Positions 19,744-29,827 of a DNA stretch of 64,000 nt are shown here, piece after piece; the first letter of the stretch is position 1, and every line of letters starts with the position of its first letter. The notes beneath the pieces were generated by a model. The model was not told where the DNA came from and made no database searches. It was given only the letters and a program-made list of their open reading frames with translations. Made by a program: the position numbers and the translations under genes. This stretch comes from Parcubacteria bacterium RAAC4_OD1_1 (GTDB lineage Bacteria > Patescibacteriota > Minisyncoccia > Phycocordibacterales > UBA9973). The stretch spans positions 132,247 to 196,246 of the forward strand of contig AWSN01000001.1 of NCBI GenBank assembly GCA_000505065.1, read 5' to 3'.

Positions 19744-20190
19744 ATGAATACACATACTGATAGTTTAAAAACAATAAAATGTAGAGGAATTATTTTTAAT
19801 AATGATAAAATTCTTGTAGTGAAGCATAGTATAAATCATGATTTTTATGCTTTACCAGGTGGACATTTAGAGGGTCAAGAAGATGCAAAAGAATGTGTAG
19901 AAAGAGAAATTTTTGAGGAGTTTGGTATTAAACCAGAGGTTGGAAAGCTTTTGTATATAAATCAATATAAATATTTTGAGAATGATAATTTTCTAGAATT
20001 CTTTTTTGAAATAAAAAATAGTCAGGATTATTTAGATATAGGTAAATTAAAAGGTAGTCATTCTTATGAATTAGTAGATGTATTATGGGTTTCAAAAGAA
20101 GATGATATTAATATCTTGCCTAAAAAATTAAATGAAGATTTTAAAAATGGTTCGGTTTTACACGATGAAGTGATTTTTATAAAGGTTTAA
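19744..20190 (+). CDS. NUDIX hydrolase
   Basis: PGGHLEGQEDAKECVEREIFEEFG Nudix box. Confidence 0.92.
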   Translation: MNTHTDSLKTIKCRGIIFNNDKILVVKHSINHDFYALPGGHLEGQEDAKECVEREIFEEFGIKPEVGKLLYINQYKYFENDNFLEFFFEIKNSQDYLDIGKLKGSHSYELVDVLWVSKEDDINILPKKLNEDFKNGSVLHDEVIFIKV

Positions 20191-20206
20191 TTAATAAAAA
20201 TATAAT

Positions 20207-20725
20207 ATGTCAATAAATAAAATTTGTGGGGGAGATAATTATACGTTTAATGATAAATCAATGACTATATCAATGCCAATTTCTGTCCCTCGATTTCCAG
20301 AAAAAATAATTTTCAATGATTATGATTTATCTTTAAAAATGACTTTCCATGTAACTCTCGTTCCCATTGGTGAATTAATAAAGAAACATAAGATTGAAAT
20401 TCCTAATTTTAATGATTTAATCTTAGAAGATTTTTGTAGTTTTGTTAATTCAAATAAAATTGAATTAATTAAATACAGAAATGAGTTTCGTTTTGTTGAA
20501 GAGAATGATCTAAGATCAGTAGTCATTATGTGTGATGTAACTAATTTAGATATTTTTTTCAAATTAATAAATGAAAAATATAATTTAAATTTAGAAACTT
20601 CACCAACTCACGTCACTTTATATATACTACCTGATAAGGGTGGAATATTTATACTTGATTCAGAAGATTTAAAAAATAAAACAGAATTAATAGAAATACC
20701 AGAATTAAGTAATTATTTAAAATAA
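20207..20725 (+). CDS. Putative 2H phosphoesterase
   Basis: Two HxT motifs (FHVTL, THVTL) about 85 aa apart. Confidence 0.6.
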   Translation: MSINKICGGDNYTFNDKSMTISMPISVPRFPEKIIFNDYDLSLKMTFHVTLVPIGELIKKHKIEIPNFNDLILEDFCSFVNSNKIELIKYRNEFRFVEENDLRSVVIMCDVTNLDIFFKLINEKYNLNLETSPTHVTLYILPDKGGIFILDSEDLKNKTELIEIPELSNYLK

Positions 20726-20726
20726 T

Positions 20727-21509
20727 ATGGAAAAATTTGAGATAAAAAACAGAAAAGGATTGAAGATTGTTGGAAATATTTTAAAACCCAATAATCCAAT
20801 TGGATTATCTTTTGTAATGCATGGATTAGGTGGATACAAAGAAGAACATCACATAGATTTAATGGCTAATACTTTATTTGAAAACAATTATACTGTTATA
20901 AATTTTGATGCAACAAATTCTAGGGGGGAAAGTGAGGGGAAATACGAAGATGCAACAATGCAAATACATTATGAAGATTTAGTTGATGTTATAAATTGGG
21001 TAAAGACACAAACTTGGTATAAAGAACCGTTTATTTTAGCTGGTCATAGTATGGGTGGATATGCTGTCGCAAGATATGCAGAAGAATTCCCTCTAGAAGT
21101 AAAGGGCGTATTCCCGTTTGGTGCAGTTTTTTCTGGTAAAGATTGTTTTGAAACATATAAAAAACTAAGAACAGAAGAACTTAATGATTGGAAAGAAACG
21201 GGTTGGACTTATAGAACTAGTAAATCAAAACCAGAATTTGAGATGAAGCTTCCTTGGTCTCATATGGAAGAAAGATTAAAACATGATTTAAAACCAATGG
21301 TAGATAAAATCATTATGCCTATATTATTTGTTGCAGGAGAAAATGATACAAGTTGTCCCCCTGAAGATCAAAAAAAGTTTTATGATTTATTATCAGAAAA
21401 AACAAAAAAAGAATTTCATATTGTAAAAGGGGTTGGGCATGTATTTCGTGAATCAGAGCATTTAAATCAATTAAAAGAAATATTTAATAATTGGTTAAAT
21501 AGTTTATAA
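20727..21509 (+). CDS. Alpha/beta fold hydrolase
   Basis: HGLGG, GESEG, GHSMGG, GEND, GHVF. Confidence 0.9.
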   Translation: MEKFEIKNRKGLKIVGNILKPNNPIGLSFVMHGLGGYKEEHHIDLMANTLFENNYTVINFDATNSRGESEGKYEDATMQIHYEDLVDVINWVKTQTWYKEPFILAGHSMGGYAVARYAEEFPLEVKGVFPFGAVFSGKDCFETYKKLRTEELNDWKETGWTYRTSKSKPEFEMKLPWSHMEERLKHDLKPMVDKIIMPILFVAGENDTSCPPEDQKKFYDLLSEKTKKEFHIVKGVGHVFRESEHLNQLKEIFNNWLNSL

Positions 21510-21516
21510 TAAATTT

Positions 21517-22848
21517 ATGAATTTAGAATTATCAAAAATAAATAACGTTCACTTTATTGGTATTGGGGGTATCGGTATTTCGGCTGTGGCGAGAATGATG
21601 AAAGTAATGGGAAAGAATGTCACAGGGCAAGATATGCAAGATGGGGAGATTGTTAAGGAGTTAAAAAAGTTGAATATTGAAATAAACATCGGCCATCAAT
21701 CATATGAGAATATATCGGATGATACAGAGCTTGTTATTTATACTGTGGCAATTGAGACTTATGATAAAGAACTTTTTGAGAAATTAAAATCGCAAGATAA
21801 GTTTATTATTAAATCATATCCAGAAATGCTCGGAGTTATAAGTGAAGATAAATATACCATTGCTGTTTGTGGGACTCACGGCAAGACGACGACGACAGGA
21901 ATGCTCAAAGAGATATTTGTAGATAATGGGAGTGATCCAACAGTTATAGTGGGGAGTTTACTTAAAGATAAAGATGGATCTCGGACCAATTTTATTCATG
22001 GTACGGGCTCTCATTTTATAGTGGAAGCTTGCGAATATAGAAGGTCATTTTTAAATATCAATCCAGACATTGTAGTTATTACAAACATAGACAATGATCA
22101 TTTGGATTATTATAAAGATATAGAAGATATAAAAAGTGCTTTTCGTGCCTTTGTAGAAAAATTACCTGAAGATGGATATGTAGTTTGTAATATAGATGAT
22201 GAAAATATAAAGGATGTAGTAAATGGAATAAAAGCAAAGGTAATAAACTGGGGTGAGTATTTTGATGGAGAATTAAAACTTAAAATTCCAGGGATACATA
22301 ATAAGAAAAATGCGGCCGCTGCCACGGCTGTCGCCCTCACTTGTGGTATCTCAAAAGAAAAATCCCAGGAATATGTAAAAAATTTCCCTGGTACATGGAA
22401 GCGTTTTGAATTTAAGGGCAAGCTTCCAAATGGAGTGTTGGTCTATGATGACTATGCTCATCATCCTACAGAAATTACTTCAACCTTAGAGGGTTTTAGA
22501 GAAATTTATCCTAAAAGTAAAGGTTGGAATATCACAGTAATATTCCAACCACATCTTTTCTCTCGGACCAAGCTACTTCTTAATGATTTTGCACAGAGCT
22601 TTTATGATGCTGATCAAGTAATAATATTGCCTATATATTATGCTCGTGAAGTTGATGATGGTAGTATCTCATCTTTAATTTTATCAGACGAAATAAACAA
22701 ATTTACCCATAATTCTAAAGTCTTCCTTGATTTTAAATCATCCGAAAATTACTTGGGAGCTGAGCTCCCAAGTATGGGGGAGAAAAATATTATAGTTACA
22801 ATGGGGGCTGGGGAAGCCTCTAAAATAGGAGATATTATACTTAAATAG
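21517..22848 (+). CDS. murC: UDP-MurNAc--L-alanine ligase
   Basis: HFIGIGGIGISA, GTHGKTTT, DDYAHHPTEI, FQPH, TMGAG. Confidence 0.96.
   Translation: MNLELSKINNVHFIGIGGIGISAVARMMKVMGKNVTGQDMQDGEIVKELKKLNIEINIGHQSYENISDDTELVIYTVAIETYDKELFEKLKSQDKFIIKSYPEMLGVISEDKYTIAVCGTHGKTTTTGMLKEIFVDNGSDPTVIVGSLLKDKDGSRTNFIHGTGSHFIVEACEYRRSFLNINPDIVVITNIDNDHLDYYKDIEDIKSAFRAFVEKLPEDGYVVCNIDDENIKDVVNGIKAKVINWGEYFDGELKLKIPGIHNKKNAAAATAVALTCGISKEKSQEYVKNFPGTWKRFEFKGKLPNGVLVYDDYAHHPTEITSTLEGFREIYPKSKGWNITVIFQPHLFSRTKLLLNDFAQSFYDADQVIILPIYYAREVDDGSISSLILSDEINKFTHNSKVFLDFKSSENYLGAELPSMGEKNIIVTMGAGEASKIGDIILK
22750..22774. repeat. Intragenic palindrome in murC
   Basis: TACTTGGGAGC-TGA-GCTCCCAAGTA, perfect arms. Confidence 0.9.
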
Positions 22849-22870
22849 TTTATGGTATAATAAAAATAGT

Positions 22871-23665
22871 ATGAAGAATTTTTTTATTTATTTTATAATT
22901 ATCTCATCAATTTTTACTTCCAATTTAGCATTTGGAGCTGTTAATGAAAGTACAGGTCTTATTACAAAATCAGTTTGGTTTTCGAATGAATCTTTTAAAG
23001 ATGGAGATGATATAAAGATTTATACAGCTATATGGAATGGTGAAAGCTCAAAAATATTTGTTAAAGTAGAATTCTATGATAAGAGTGTAGTTTTAGGTAA
23101 TAGAGAAATAGAAGTACTTCCAGAGGAAATAAAAGAAGTTTCTATTCCTTTTAATGTTAAAAATGGGGATCATAGTATATATGCTAAAATTGTTTCATCT
23201 CAAATATTAAATTCAAAAGGAATTAAAGAAAAAATATCTTTGCCAATATCTAAAACAGAATGGAATAATATTACTGTCTCTTTTGGAGTGGAAGATGAAG
23301 CCACGGGGGAGGTAAAAACAAGTCAAGATTTTATTAAAGATGAATTATACAAAGCAAATAAAAGTTTTATTAATATTATTCCTGAGTCTATTCGTACTCC
23401 TATTTCAAATTCATTAAATAATATAGAGAATATTAGAAAAGAAAAATTAGAAGAAGTTTCTATTTCGAAGGAAAAAGCCAAAGAGAATGTTTTAAAATTG
23501 GAAAATAGTGAAATAGGTGAGGGAACAGAGAAACCCATAGCATTACTTCGTCACATTTTTCTATCCGCATTAGAGTTTATTTTAAATAATAAAATTATAT
23601 TTTATGGACTCATAATCTTTATAGTTTTTTATCTAATAAGGTTAATTTTTAAGAAAATATTGTAA
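22871..23665 (+). CDS. Hypothetical exported protein with C-terminal TM anchor
   Basis: Signal peptide, beta-rich (Ig/CARDB-like) segment, C-terminal TM. Confidence 0.7.
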   Translation: MKNFFIYFIIISSIFTSNLAFGAVNESTGLITKSVWFSNESFKDGDDIKIYTAIWNGESSKIFVKVEFYDKSVVLGNREIEVLPEEIKEVSIPFNVKNGDHSIYAKIVSSQILNSKGIKEKISLPISKTEWNNITVSFGVEDEATGEVKTSQDFIKDELYKANKSFINIIPESIRTPISNSLNNIENIRKEKLEEVSISKEKAKENVLKLENSEIGEGTEKPIALLRHIFLSALEFILNNKIIFYGLIIFIVFYLIRLIFKKIL

Positions 23666-23713
23666 TAAAATAAATATTTGTCAAATAAAGACTTTATAAG
23701 ATATAATTAATTT

Positions 23714-23980
23714 ATGGTTAATAGAGTAGTTTTTGATATGGTTTTTTTTATATCGATTTTCATTTTACCTTGGTGGATTACTTTACCTATTGCTATTTTA
23801 GGTTTATTTATATTTAATAACTTTTATGAGTTTGTAATATATGGGATGATAACATTTAGTATATATTCTTATGAAGGTGATAGGATGATTACTTCTAAAA
23901 TTTTGTTTCCGATTATTATTTTATTGTGTTATTTTATTATTCAAACCCTAAAACATTATATTATTTTATATAGAAAATAA
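23714..23980 (+). CDS. Small membrane protein upstream of PBP2
   Basis: Hydrophobic 88 aa ending 2 nt before the PBP2 start. Confidence 0.7.
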   Translation: MVNRVVFDMVFFISIFILPWWITLPIAILGLFIFNNFYEFVIYGMITFSIYSYEGDRMITSKILFPIIILLCYFIIQTLKHYIILYRK

Positions 23981-23982
23981 TT

Positions 23983-25680
23983 ATGATATTTAAAAGAAAA
24001 AAAAGAAGAATTAAAAGTGAGATTGATCCAGATGAGATTTTTCTTGATTCAAAAAATTTACCGAATTTCAATACTCAGCAATTTGAAGGTAGATTAGAAA
24101 AGCCAATACCCAAGAGAACTATATCTATTTTAAGTATTATTTTTATATTTTTCTTTTTGATTTTCGTGGGTAAATTAGGATATTTACAGATAGTTAAAGG
24201 TGAGGCATATCTTTCAAAAAGCGAAAACAATACCTTAAGAAATGAGCCGATTATTGCATCACGTGGACTTTTATATGATAGGAATAATGTACTTCTTGCT
24301 TGGAATTCTTGGCATGAAGAAGATGTAGAAAAACTTTCTATTCCAGAAAGAATTTATACAGATAAAGGAGGTTTTAGTTTGCTTTTGGGTTATACTAGTG
24401 GTCCAGCAAAAGATAAAGATGGGCATTTTTGGCAAGATACTTTTATTGGTAAGGATGGGATAGAAGAATATTACGATGATGTTTTAAAGGGTGAAAATGG
24501 AGTTCGAATTACAGAAACAAATGTGAAAGGAGAAATTCAATCAGAAAATATTATTAATCCACCGAAAGATGGTAAAGATTTGAGATTATCCATCGATTCA
24601 AGAATTCAAGAAAAACTTTATCAATCTATTTCTTTAATGGCAGAAAATGCTCATTTTATAGGTGGGGCAGGAGTAATAATGGATATTAAAACTGGTGAAG
24701 TGATAGCGATGACAAGCTATCCAGAATATGATAGTACTATTATATCAGATGGTAATGATGTAAAAATTATTAGTAATTATTTTGTGGACAAAAGAAAAGT
24801 TTTTTTGAATAGAGCTATTTCTGGACTTTATGCACCAGGGTCTATTGTAAAGCCATTTTTTGCATATGGCGCATTGAGTGAAAATATAATAAATCCACTC
24901 AAACTTATTCTTTCTAATGGTTCTATTTCTATTCCAAATCCATATTTCCCCGGACAATTTTCAGTATTTAAAGATCATGATTCATTTGGTTATGTAGATA
25001 TGAGAAAGGCTATTGCTGTCTCATCCGATGTTTATTTTTATGTCATTGGTGGAGGTTTTCAAGATCAAAAAGGTATGGGAATTGTAAATATTGATAAGTA
25101 TGCCCAACTTTTTGGTATTTCTAGTAAGACTGGAGTAGATCTTTTGGGTGAAAAAGGTGGAACTATACCAACTCCGGAATGGAAATCCAAAACTTTTAAA
25201 GGTGAAATGTGGCGAGTGGGAGATACTTACAATACTTCGATTGGTCAGTATGGATTTCAAGTCACTCCACTTTCTATGGCGAGAGCTGTTGCTGGTATCG
25301 CAAATTATGGAGAAATACCCACCCCACATCTTTTATTAAATGATAATAAATTTAATAATCAAAAAACTATTTTAGATATTGATAAAGATAAAATGAAGGT
25401 TGTTCACGAAGGTATGAGAATGGCAGTCACTGAAGGGACTGCGACAGCTCTTAATATTCCCACTTTGGAAGTTGCAGCAAAAACAGGAACAGCCCAGGTA
25501 GGCTTGGGTAATACAAATACTAATTCGTGGGTTGTTGGATTTTTCCCTTACGATAATCCAAGATACTCTTTTGCTGTGATGATGGAGCGTGGACCCAAAG
25601 AAGCTTCTGGAAATGCAACTCGTGTTATGAGAGAAGTTGTTGAATATATAAGTATTTATCTAAAGGAATACATAGACTGA
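23983..25680 (+). CDS. mrdA: Penicillin-binding protein 2 (class B)
   Basis: RGLLYDRN, PGSIVK (SxxK), SSDVYFY, KTGTAQ. Confidence 0.88.
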   Translation: MIFKRKKRRIKSEIDPDEIFLDSKNLPNFNTQQFEGRLEKPIPKRTISILSIIFIFFFLIFVGKLGYLQIVKGEAYLSKSENNTLRNEPIIASRGLLYDRNNVLLAWNSWHEEDVEKLSIPERIYTDKGGFSLLLGYTSGPAKDKDGHFWQDTFIGKDGIEEYYDDVLKGENGVRITETNVKGEIQSENIINPPKDGKDLRLSIDSRIQEKLYQSISLMAENAHFIGGAGVIMDIKTGEVIAMTSYPEYDSTIISDGNDVKIISNYFVDKRKVFLNRAISGLYAPGSIVKPFFAYGALSENIINPLKLILSNGSISIPNPYFPGQFSVFKDHDSFGYVDMRKAIAVSSDVYFYVIGGGFQDQKGMGIVNIDKYAQLFGISSKTGVDLLGEKGGTIPTPEWKSKTFKGEMWRVGDTYNTSIGQYGFQVTPLSMARAVAGIANYGEIPTPHLLLNDNKFNNQKTILDIDKDKMKVVHEGMRMAVTEGTATALNIPTLEVAAKTGTAQVGLGNTNTNSWVVGFFPYDNPRYSFAVMMERGPKEASGNATRVMREVVEYISIYLKEYID

Positions 25681-25721
25681 GCATTGACTTTTAAGCTTAA
25701 ATAAGTTAAAATTGTAAAATT

Positions 25722-26186
25722 ATGGATGAAAAAAATTACATAACAGAAGAGAAAAAACAAGATTTAATAAAAGAATTAGATTATCTAAAGAATACTAAAA
25801 GAAAGGAAATTCAGGAGGCTTTACAAGCGGCTAAGGCACTTGGAGATCTTTCTGAAAATGCTGAATATCATCAAGCAAGAGAAGATCAAGGAAAAACAGA
25901 AGATCGTATAAATCAAATCGATCATATGCTTAAATCTGCTATTGTGGTTAAGAAGCATTCAAGTAATAAGGTTGAAATTGGGACAACTGTGCACATAAAA
26001 AAGGAAAGTTCAAAAGATGTCATTGTTTATAGTATAGTTGGAGCTGAAGAAGCAGATATGGCAAGTAATAAAATTTCAAACAAATCACCACTTGGAGAAG
26101 CATTGTTTGGAAAATCAAAAGGGGATACTTTTTCTATCTCCACACCTAAAGGACTAGTCAAATACACCCTAATTGATATACAATAG
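25722..26186 (+). CDS. greA: Transcription elongation factor GreA
   Basis: GDLSENAEY, ISNKSPLGEAL. Confidence 0.96.
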   Translation: MDEKNYITEEKKQDLIKELDYLKNTKRKEIQEALQAAKALGDLSENAEYHQAREDQGKTEDRINQIDHMLKSAIVVKKHSSNKVEIGTTVHIKKESSKDVIVYSIVGAEEADMASNKISNKSPLGEALFGKSKGDTFSISTPKGLVKYTLIDIQ

Positions 26187-26190
26187 GGCT

Positions 26191-27672
26191 ATGGCATCTA
26201 TTATAGAATTACGCGATACGCGTTTACAAAAAATTAATAAACTTAAAGAGGTAGGGATGGATCCGTATCCTACATCTATTTCTCGTGATTACTCTTTTAA
26301 GGAATTAAAAAATTCATTTGAAGAATTATCAAAATCAGAAAAGAATATTTCTATTGCAGGTAGAGTAATGATAATTCGTGGACAAGGGGCTATCCTTTTT
26401 GTCGTCTTACAAGATGAAGGGGAAAGATTCCAGGCTGTACTTAAAAAAGATGAACTTAAAGAAGAGATTTTTAATCTATTTGTTAATACAGTTGATAATG
26501 GAGATTTTTTATCTATCTCAGGTACACTTTTTGTTACACAAAGAGGAGAACAGAGTATCCTTATAAAAGATTGGCAGATGGCTTCTAAAGCACTTCTTCC
26601 TCTTCCTGATAAATGGCATGGACTTCAAGATGTTGAAGAGACTTATAGGAAAAGATATTTAGATATGATAATGGATAAGGAAGTTTATGATAGATTTATA
26701 ATCCGCAACAGGATAGTTAAATATATTCGTGAATTTTTTGACAAGAAAGATTTTATCGAAGTTGAAACTCCAATACTTCAAACACAAGCAGGGGGTGCAA
26801 TGGCTAGGACTTTTGATACACACCATAATGATTATGATATGGATATGGTCCTTCGTATTTCTCTTGAAATTGAGCACAAAATGATAATGGCTGGTGGGTA
26901 TAATAAAGTTTACGAAATAGGTAAAACTTTTAGAAATGAAGGTTCTGATCCTACTCATATGCAAGAATTTAGTTTACTAGAGTGGTATGCAGCTTATGAG
27001 ACACTAGAAACAAATATGTCTTGGACTGAAGAACTCATTAAATCTATTGCTAAAGATATAATGAATAAAAATAATTTTATTGTTTATGATAATTTTGGTA
27101 ATGGAGTAGAAGTAGATATTGTTTCTCCTTGGGTTCGTGTTTCATTTAGAGAACTTTTAAAAAAAGATGCAAATATTGATATACAAAGTATTACTCTAGA
27201 AGAAGCAAGAGTTCAGGCTCTTAAATGGGGAGTAAAAGAAGAAGAAGTTAAAAAACTTGGCCTTGGTAATCTTTTAGATAAGATTTATAAAAAATCTTCT
27301 AGGGATAAAATCATTAATCCAACTTTTGTGATTGATTTTCCGGGAGATTTAAAACCTCTTGCTCAACAAAACGAAGATGGTACTGCAAAGGTTGCCCAGC
27401 TCATAATTGCTGGTGCAGAGATTACAAATCAATATGCAGAGCTAGTAGATCCAGTAAAGCAGAGAATACTTCTCGAAGATCAATCAAAAGCAAAAACAGC
27501 TGGTGACGATGAGGCTATGGATGTTGATGAGAGATTTCTAACTTCTATGGAGCATGGCATGCCACCAATGACAGGATTTGGAATGGGGATAGACAGATTA
27601 GTGGCAATTTTTACAGAACAAAAAAATCTTCGAGATACAATCTTTTTCCCACTAATGAAGCCGAGAGAATAA
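26191..27672 (+). CDS. lysS: Lysine--tRNA ligase (class II)
   Basis: PLPDKWHGL, YRKRYLD, FRNEG, GFGMGIDRL; start at MASII. Confidence 0.96.
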   Translation: MASIIELRDTRLQKINKLKEVGMDPYPTSISRDYSFKELKNSFEELSKSEKNISIAGRVMIIRGQGAILFVVLQDEGERFQAVLKKDELKEEIFNLFVNTVDNGDFLSISGTLFVTQRGEQSILIKDWQMASKALLPLPDKWHGLQDVEETYRKRYLDMIMDKEVYDRFIIRNRIVKYIREFFDKKDFIEVETPILQTQAGGAMARTFDTHHNDYDMDMVLRISLEIEHKMIMAGGYNKVYEIGKTFRNEGSDPTHMQEFSLLEWYAAYETLETNMSWTEELIKSIAKDIMNKNNFIVYDNFGNGVEVDIVSPWVRVSFRELLKKDANIDIQSITLEEARVQALKWGVKEEEVKKLGLGNLLDKIYKKSSRDKIINPTFVIDFPGDLKPLAQQNEDGTAKVAQLIIAGAEITNQYAELVDPVKQRILLEDQSKAKTAGDDEAMDVDERFLTSMEHGMPPMTGFGMGIDRLVAIFTEQKNLRDTIFFPLMKPRE

Positions 27673-27694
27673 GTAGAAAGTAGAAAGGGAATAC

Positions 27695-27739
27695 AAAAAA
27701 GAAACGGGCGAATCACTAAGGTGATCCGTCCGTTTTTTT
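27695..27739. terminator. Intrinsic terminator after lysS (bidirectional form)
   Basis: AAACGGGCGAATCAC-TAAG-GTGATCCGTCCGTTT with A- and T-tracts. Confidence 0.7.
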
Positions 27740-27988
27740 GTTTTCCAAAACAAAATTTTTTGACACAATTCCTGTGTCCGAAAATACTTCCCCAGAAATA
27801 AATTCTTCTGGTACAGGAAATGATTTCCAAAGAAGGTATATTTTACCTTCTGAAATACCATAAAATCCAGCAGGGGGTGGCGGAAAGTTTGTTTCTTTTT
27901 TCATTTGATTTAAATTATTTGTTCATGTTCAATTTTGTGTATATTATATCACAAAAATAACTAGATGTCTATTAATAGATTTTTATAC

Positions 27989-28070
27989 TTATCCACAGTT
28001 TTAGGTGGGGTATTGTGTTTGTTTTGTGGGATAAAGTGGTGTATAATATAAGAAGGTGGGATAAAGTGGG
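27989..28070 (+). promoter_or_regulatory. mraZ promoter with DnaA box and MraZ-binding GTGGG repeats
   Basis: TTATCCACA at 27989-27997; GTGG(G/T) at 28005, 28026, 28036, 28056, 28066 (10-bp phase); TATAAT 28042-28047. Confidence 0.8.
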
Positions 28071-28169
28071 ACTAAAACATTTTTGCTATAAAAAAATGTT
28101 CGTCCGAACAAATTTTATTAAAATTTGTTTTAGGGAATATTAAAAATAACCTTATTTCACAATATTATT

Positions 28170-28604
28170 ATGCTTATCGGAGAATACACACATACACTTG
28201 ATGAAAAAAATAGAATGTCTCTACCTGTAAAGTTCCGTAAAGAAATGGGGAAGAGCGTTGTTGTGGCACCTGGGCTTGATAATTGTCTTGCTATTTATAC
28301 TGCAAAAGAATGGCAAAAGATTTCTAGTAAATTATCTGACTCTTCAATGCTAGCAAGTGATAATAGAAGTTTCTCGAGATTTATGTTTGGTCAAGCTGTT
28401 GTGGTAGATGTAGATACCAATGGCCGAATACTAATCCCGGAAAATTTAAAAAATCGTTCAGGCCTTACTTCAAAAGTTGTGGTGATTGGAGTACAAAATC
28501 GTGCTGAAATCTGGAATGAAAAAGCTTGGTCAGATTATAAAGGAGTGGTTGAAAAACAAGCTGATACATTAGCGGACAAGCTTGGGCAAATAGGAGTTCT
28601 TTAA
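28170..28604 (+). CDS. mraZ: Transcriptional regulator MraZ
   Basis: GEYTHTLDEKNRMSLP, DTNGRILIP, AEIW. Confidence 0.96.
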   Translation: MLIGEYTHTLDEKNRMSLPVKFRKEMGKSVVVAPGLDNCLAIYTAKEWQKISSKLSDSSMLASDNRSFSRFMFGQAVVVDVDTNGRILIPENLKNRSGLTSKVVVIGVQNRAEIWNEKAWSDYKGVVEKQADTLADKLGQIGVL

Positions 28605-28605
28605 T

Positions 28606-29499
28606 ATGACACATATACCTGTTCTAAAAGATGAATTAATACAAAGTCTAAACATAAAAGAAGGCGATATCATTGTTGATGGTACATTGGGTGGCGGAGG
28701 TCACACCAGTGAAATCATAAAAATCTTTAAAGATAAAGTTAAAATTATTGGACTCGATCTTGATTTTGATGCAAAAGCAAGAACTCTTAAATCTATCGGT
28801 AATTTAAAAAATAATTTTACTTTTGTTAATCGAGGATTTCAAGAAATATCTGAGATTTTGAGAGAGATGGATATAAATGAAGTAAATAGTGTAATGCTTG
28901 ATCTTGGGATAAGTTCTTTCCAACTTGAAGTTTCAGAAAGGGGATTTAGTTTTAAAAAAGATGAACCACTACTGATGACAATGAAGAAAGACCCAAATGA
29001 AAATGATATTACGGCTTATGACATTGTGAATACTTGGGGGGAAAAAACTTTAGCAGATATTATTTACGGATTTGGTGAAGAACAATTTTCAAGGAGAATT
29101 GCTAAGGCGATAGTTCTAAGAAGGAAAGAAAAAGAAATTAAAACTACTTTTGATTTAGTGGAAATTATCGAAAATGCCGTTCCGTTATTTTACAAGAAAG
29201 GTAAAATACATCCCGCCACAAAGACTTTCCAAGCACTTAGGATAGCCGTAAACAGTGAACTTACAAATTTAGAACAAGTTATAGAAAAAGGTTTTAAAAG
29301 TTTGAAGAATAAAGGGAGAATGTCCATCATAACTTTCCATAGCTTAGAAGACAGGATAGTGAAAAGAGCATTTATAAATTTAAAAGATAAAGGAGTCGCA
29401 AATATTATTAACAAAAAGCCGATTTCGCCAAGTGAAATTGAATTAAAAGAAAACCCAAGATCACGAAGTGCAAAATTAAGGATAATAGAAAAAATATGA
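28606..29499 (+). CDS. rsmH: 16S rRNA C1402 N4-methyltransferase
   Basis: HIPVL, DGTLGGGGH, DLGISS, FQALRIAVN, NPRSRSAKLR. Confidence 0.97.
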   Translation: MTHIPVLKDELIQSLNIKEGDIIVDGTLGGGGHTSEIIKIFKDKVKIIGLDLDFDAKARTLKSIGNLKNNFTFVNRGFQEISEILREMDINEVNSVMLDLGISSFQLEVSERGFSFKKDEPLLMTMKKDPNENDITAYDIVNTWGEKTLADIIYGFGEEQFSRRIAKAIVLRRKEKEIKTTFDLVEIIENAVPLFYKKGKIHPATKTFQALRIAVNSELTNLEQVIEKGFKSLKNKGRMSIITFHSLEDRIVKRAFINLKDKGVANIINKKPISPSEIELKENPRSRSAKLRIIEKI

Positions 29500-29819
29500 C
29501 AAAAACAAAAATAGTAGCACAAACAATTACAAATGATATATATGTTCAAAAAATAATTTTTAAGTCATTGATTTTTTCTGTTGTTCTTATGTTTGTGGTG
29601 TATCTTTATCTTGTTGGGTCTATAACCTTTAATGTTCTTGCTCGTAAATCTTTAGAAAATACAGTAAAAATTTTAAATAATAATATAAGTCAGCTAGAAA
29701 TAGATTATTTTAATAAATCAAATGAAATAAATAAAGAATTTGCTACATCGCGTGGATTTGTTGATGTCTCAAATAGTATTTTTGCTTCTAGAAATATTAA
29801 TCAAGTTGCTGTTAGATAA
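29496..29819 (+). CDS. FtsL-like cell division protein
   Basis: Single TM plus coiled coil between rsmH and ftsI. Confidence 0.65.
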   Translation: MTKTKIVAQTITNDIYVQKIIFKSLIFSVVLMFVVYLYLVGSITFNVLARKSLENTVKILNNNISQLEIDYFNKSNEINKEFATSRGFVDVSNSIFASRNINQVAVR

Positions 29820-29827
29820 AAAAGTTT

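Noticed and set aside
28005-28070. GTGGGATAAAGTGG repeats as CRISPR or iterons
   Set aside because: Too short, no spacers; they match known MraZ operator repeats.
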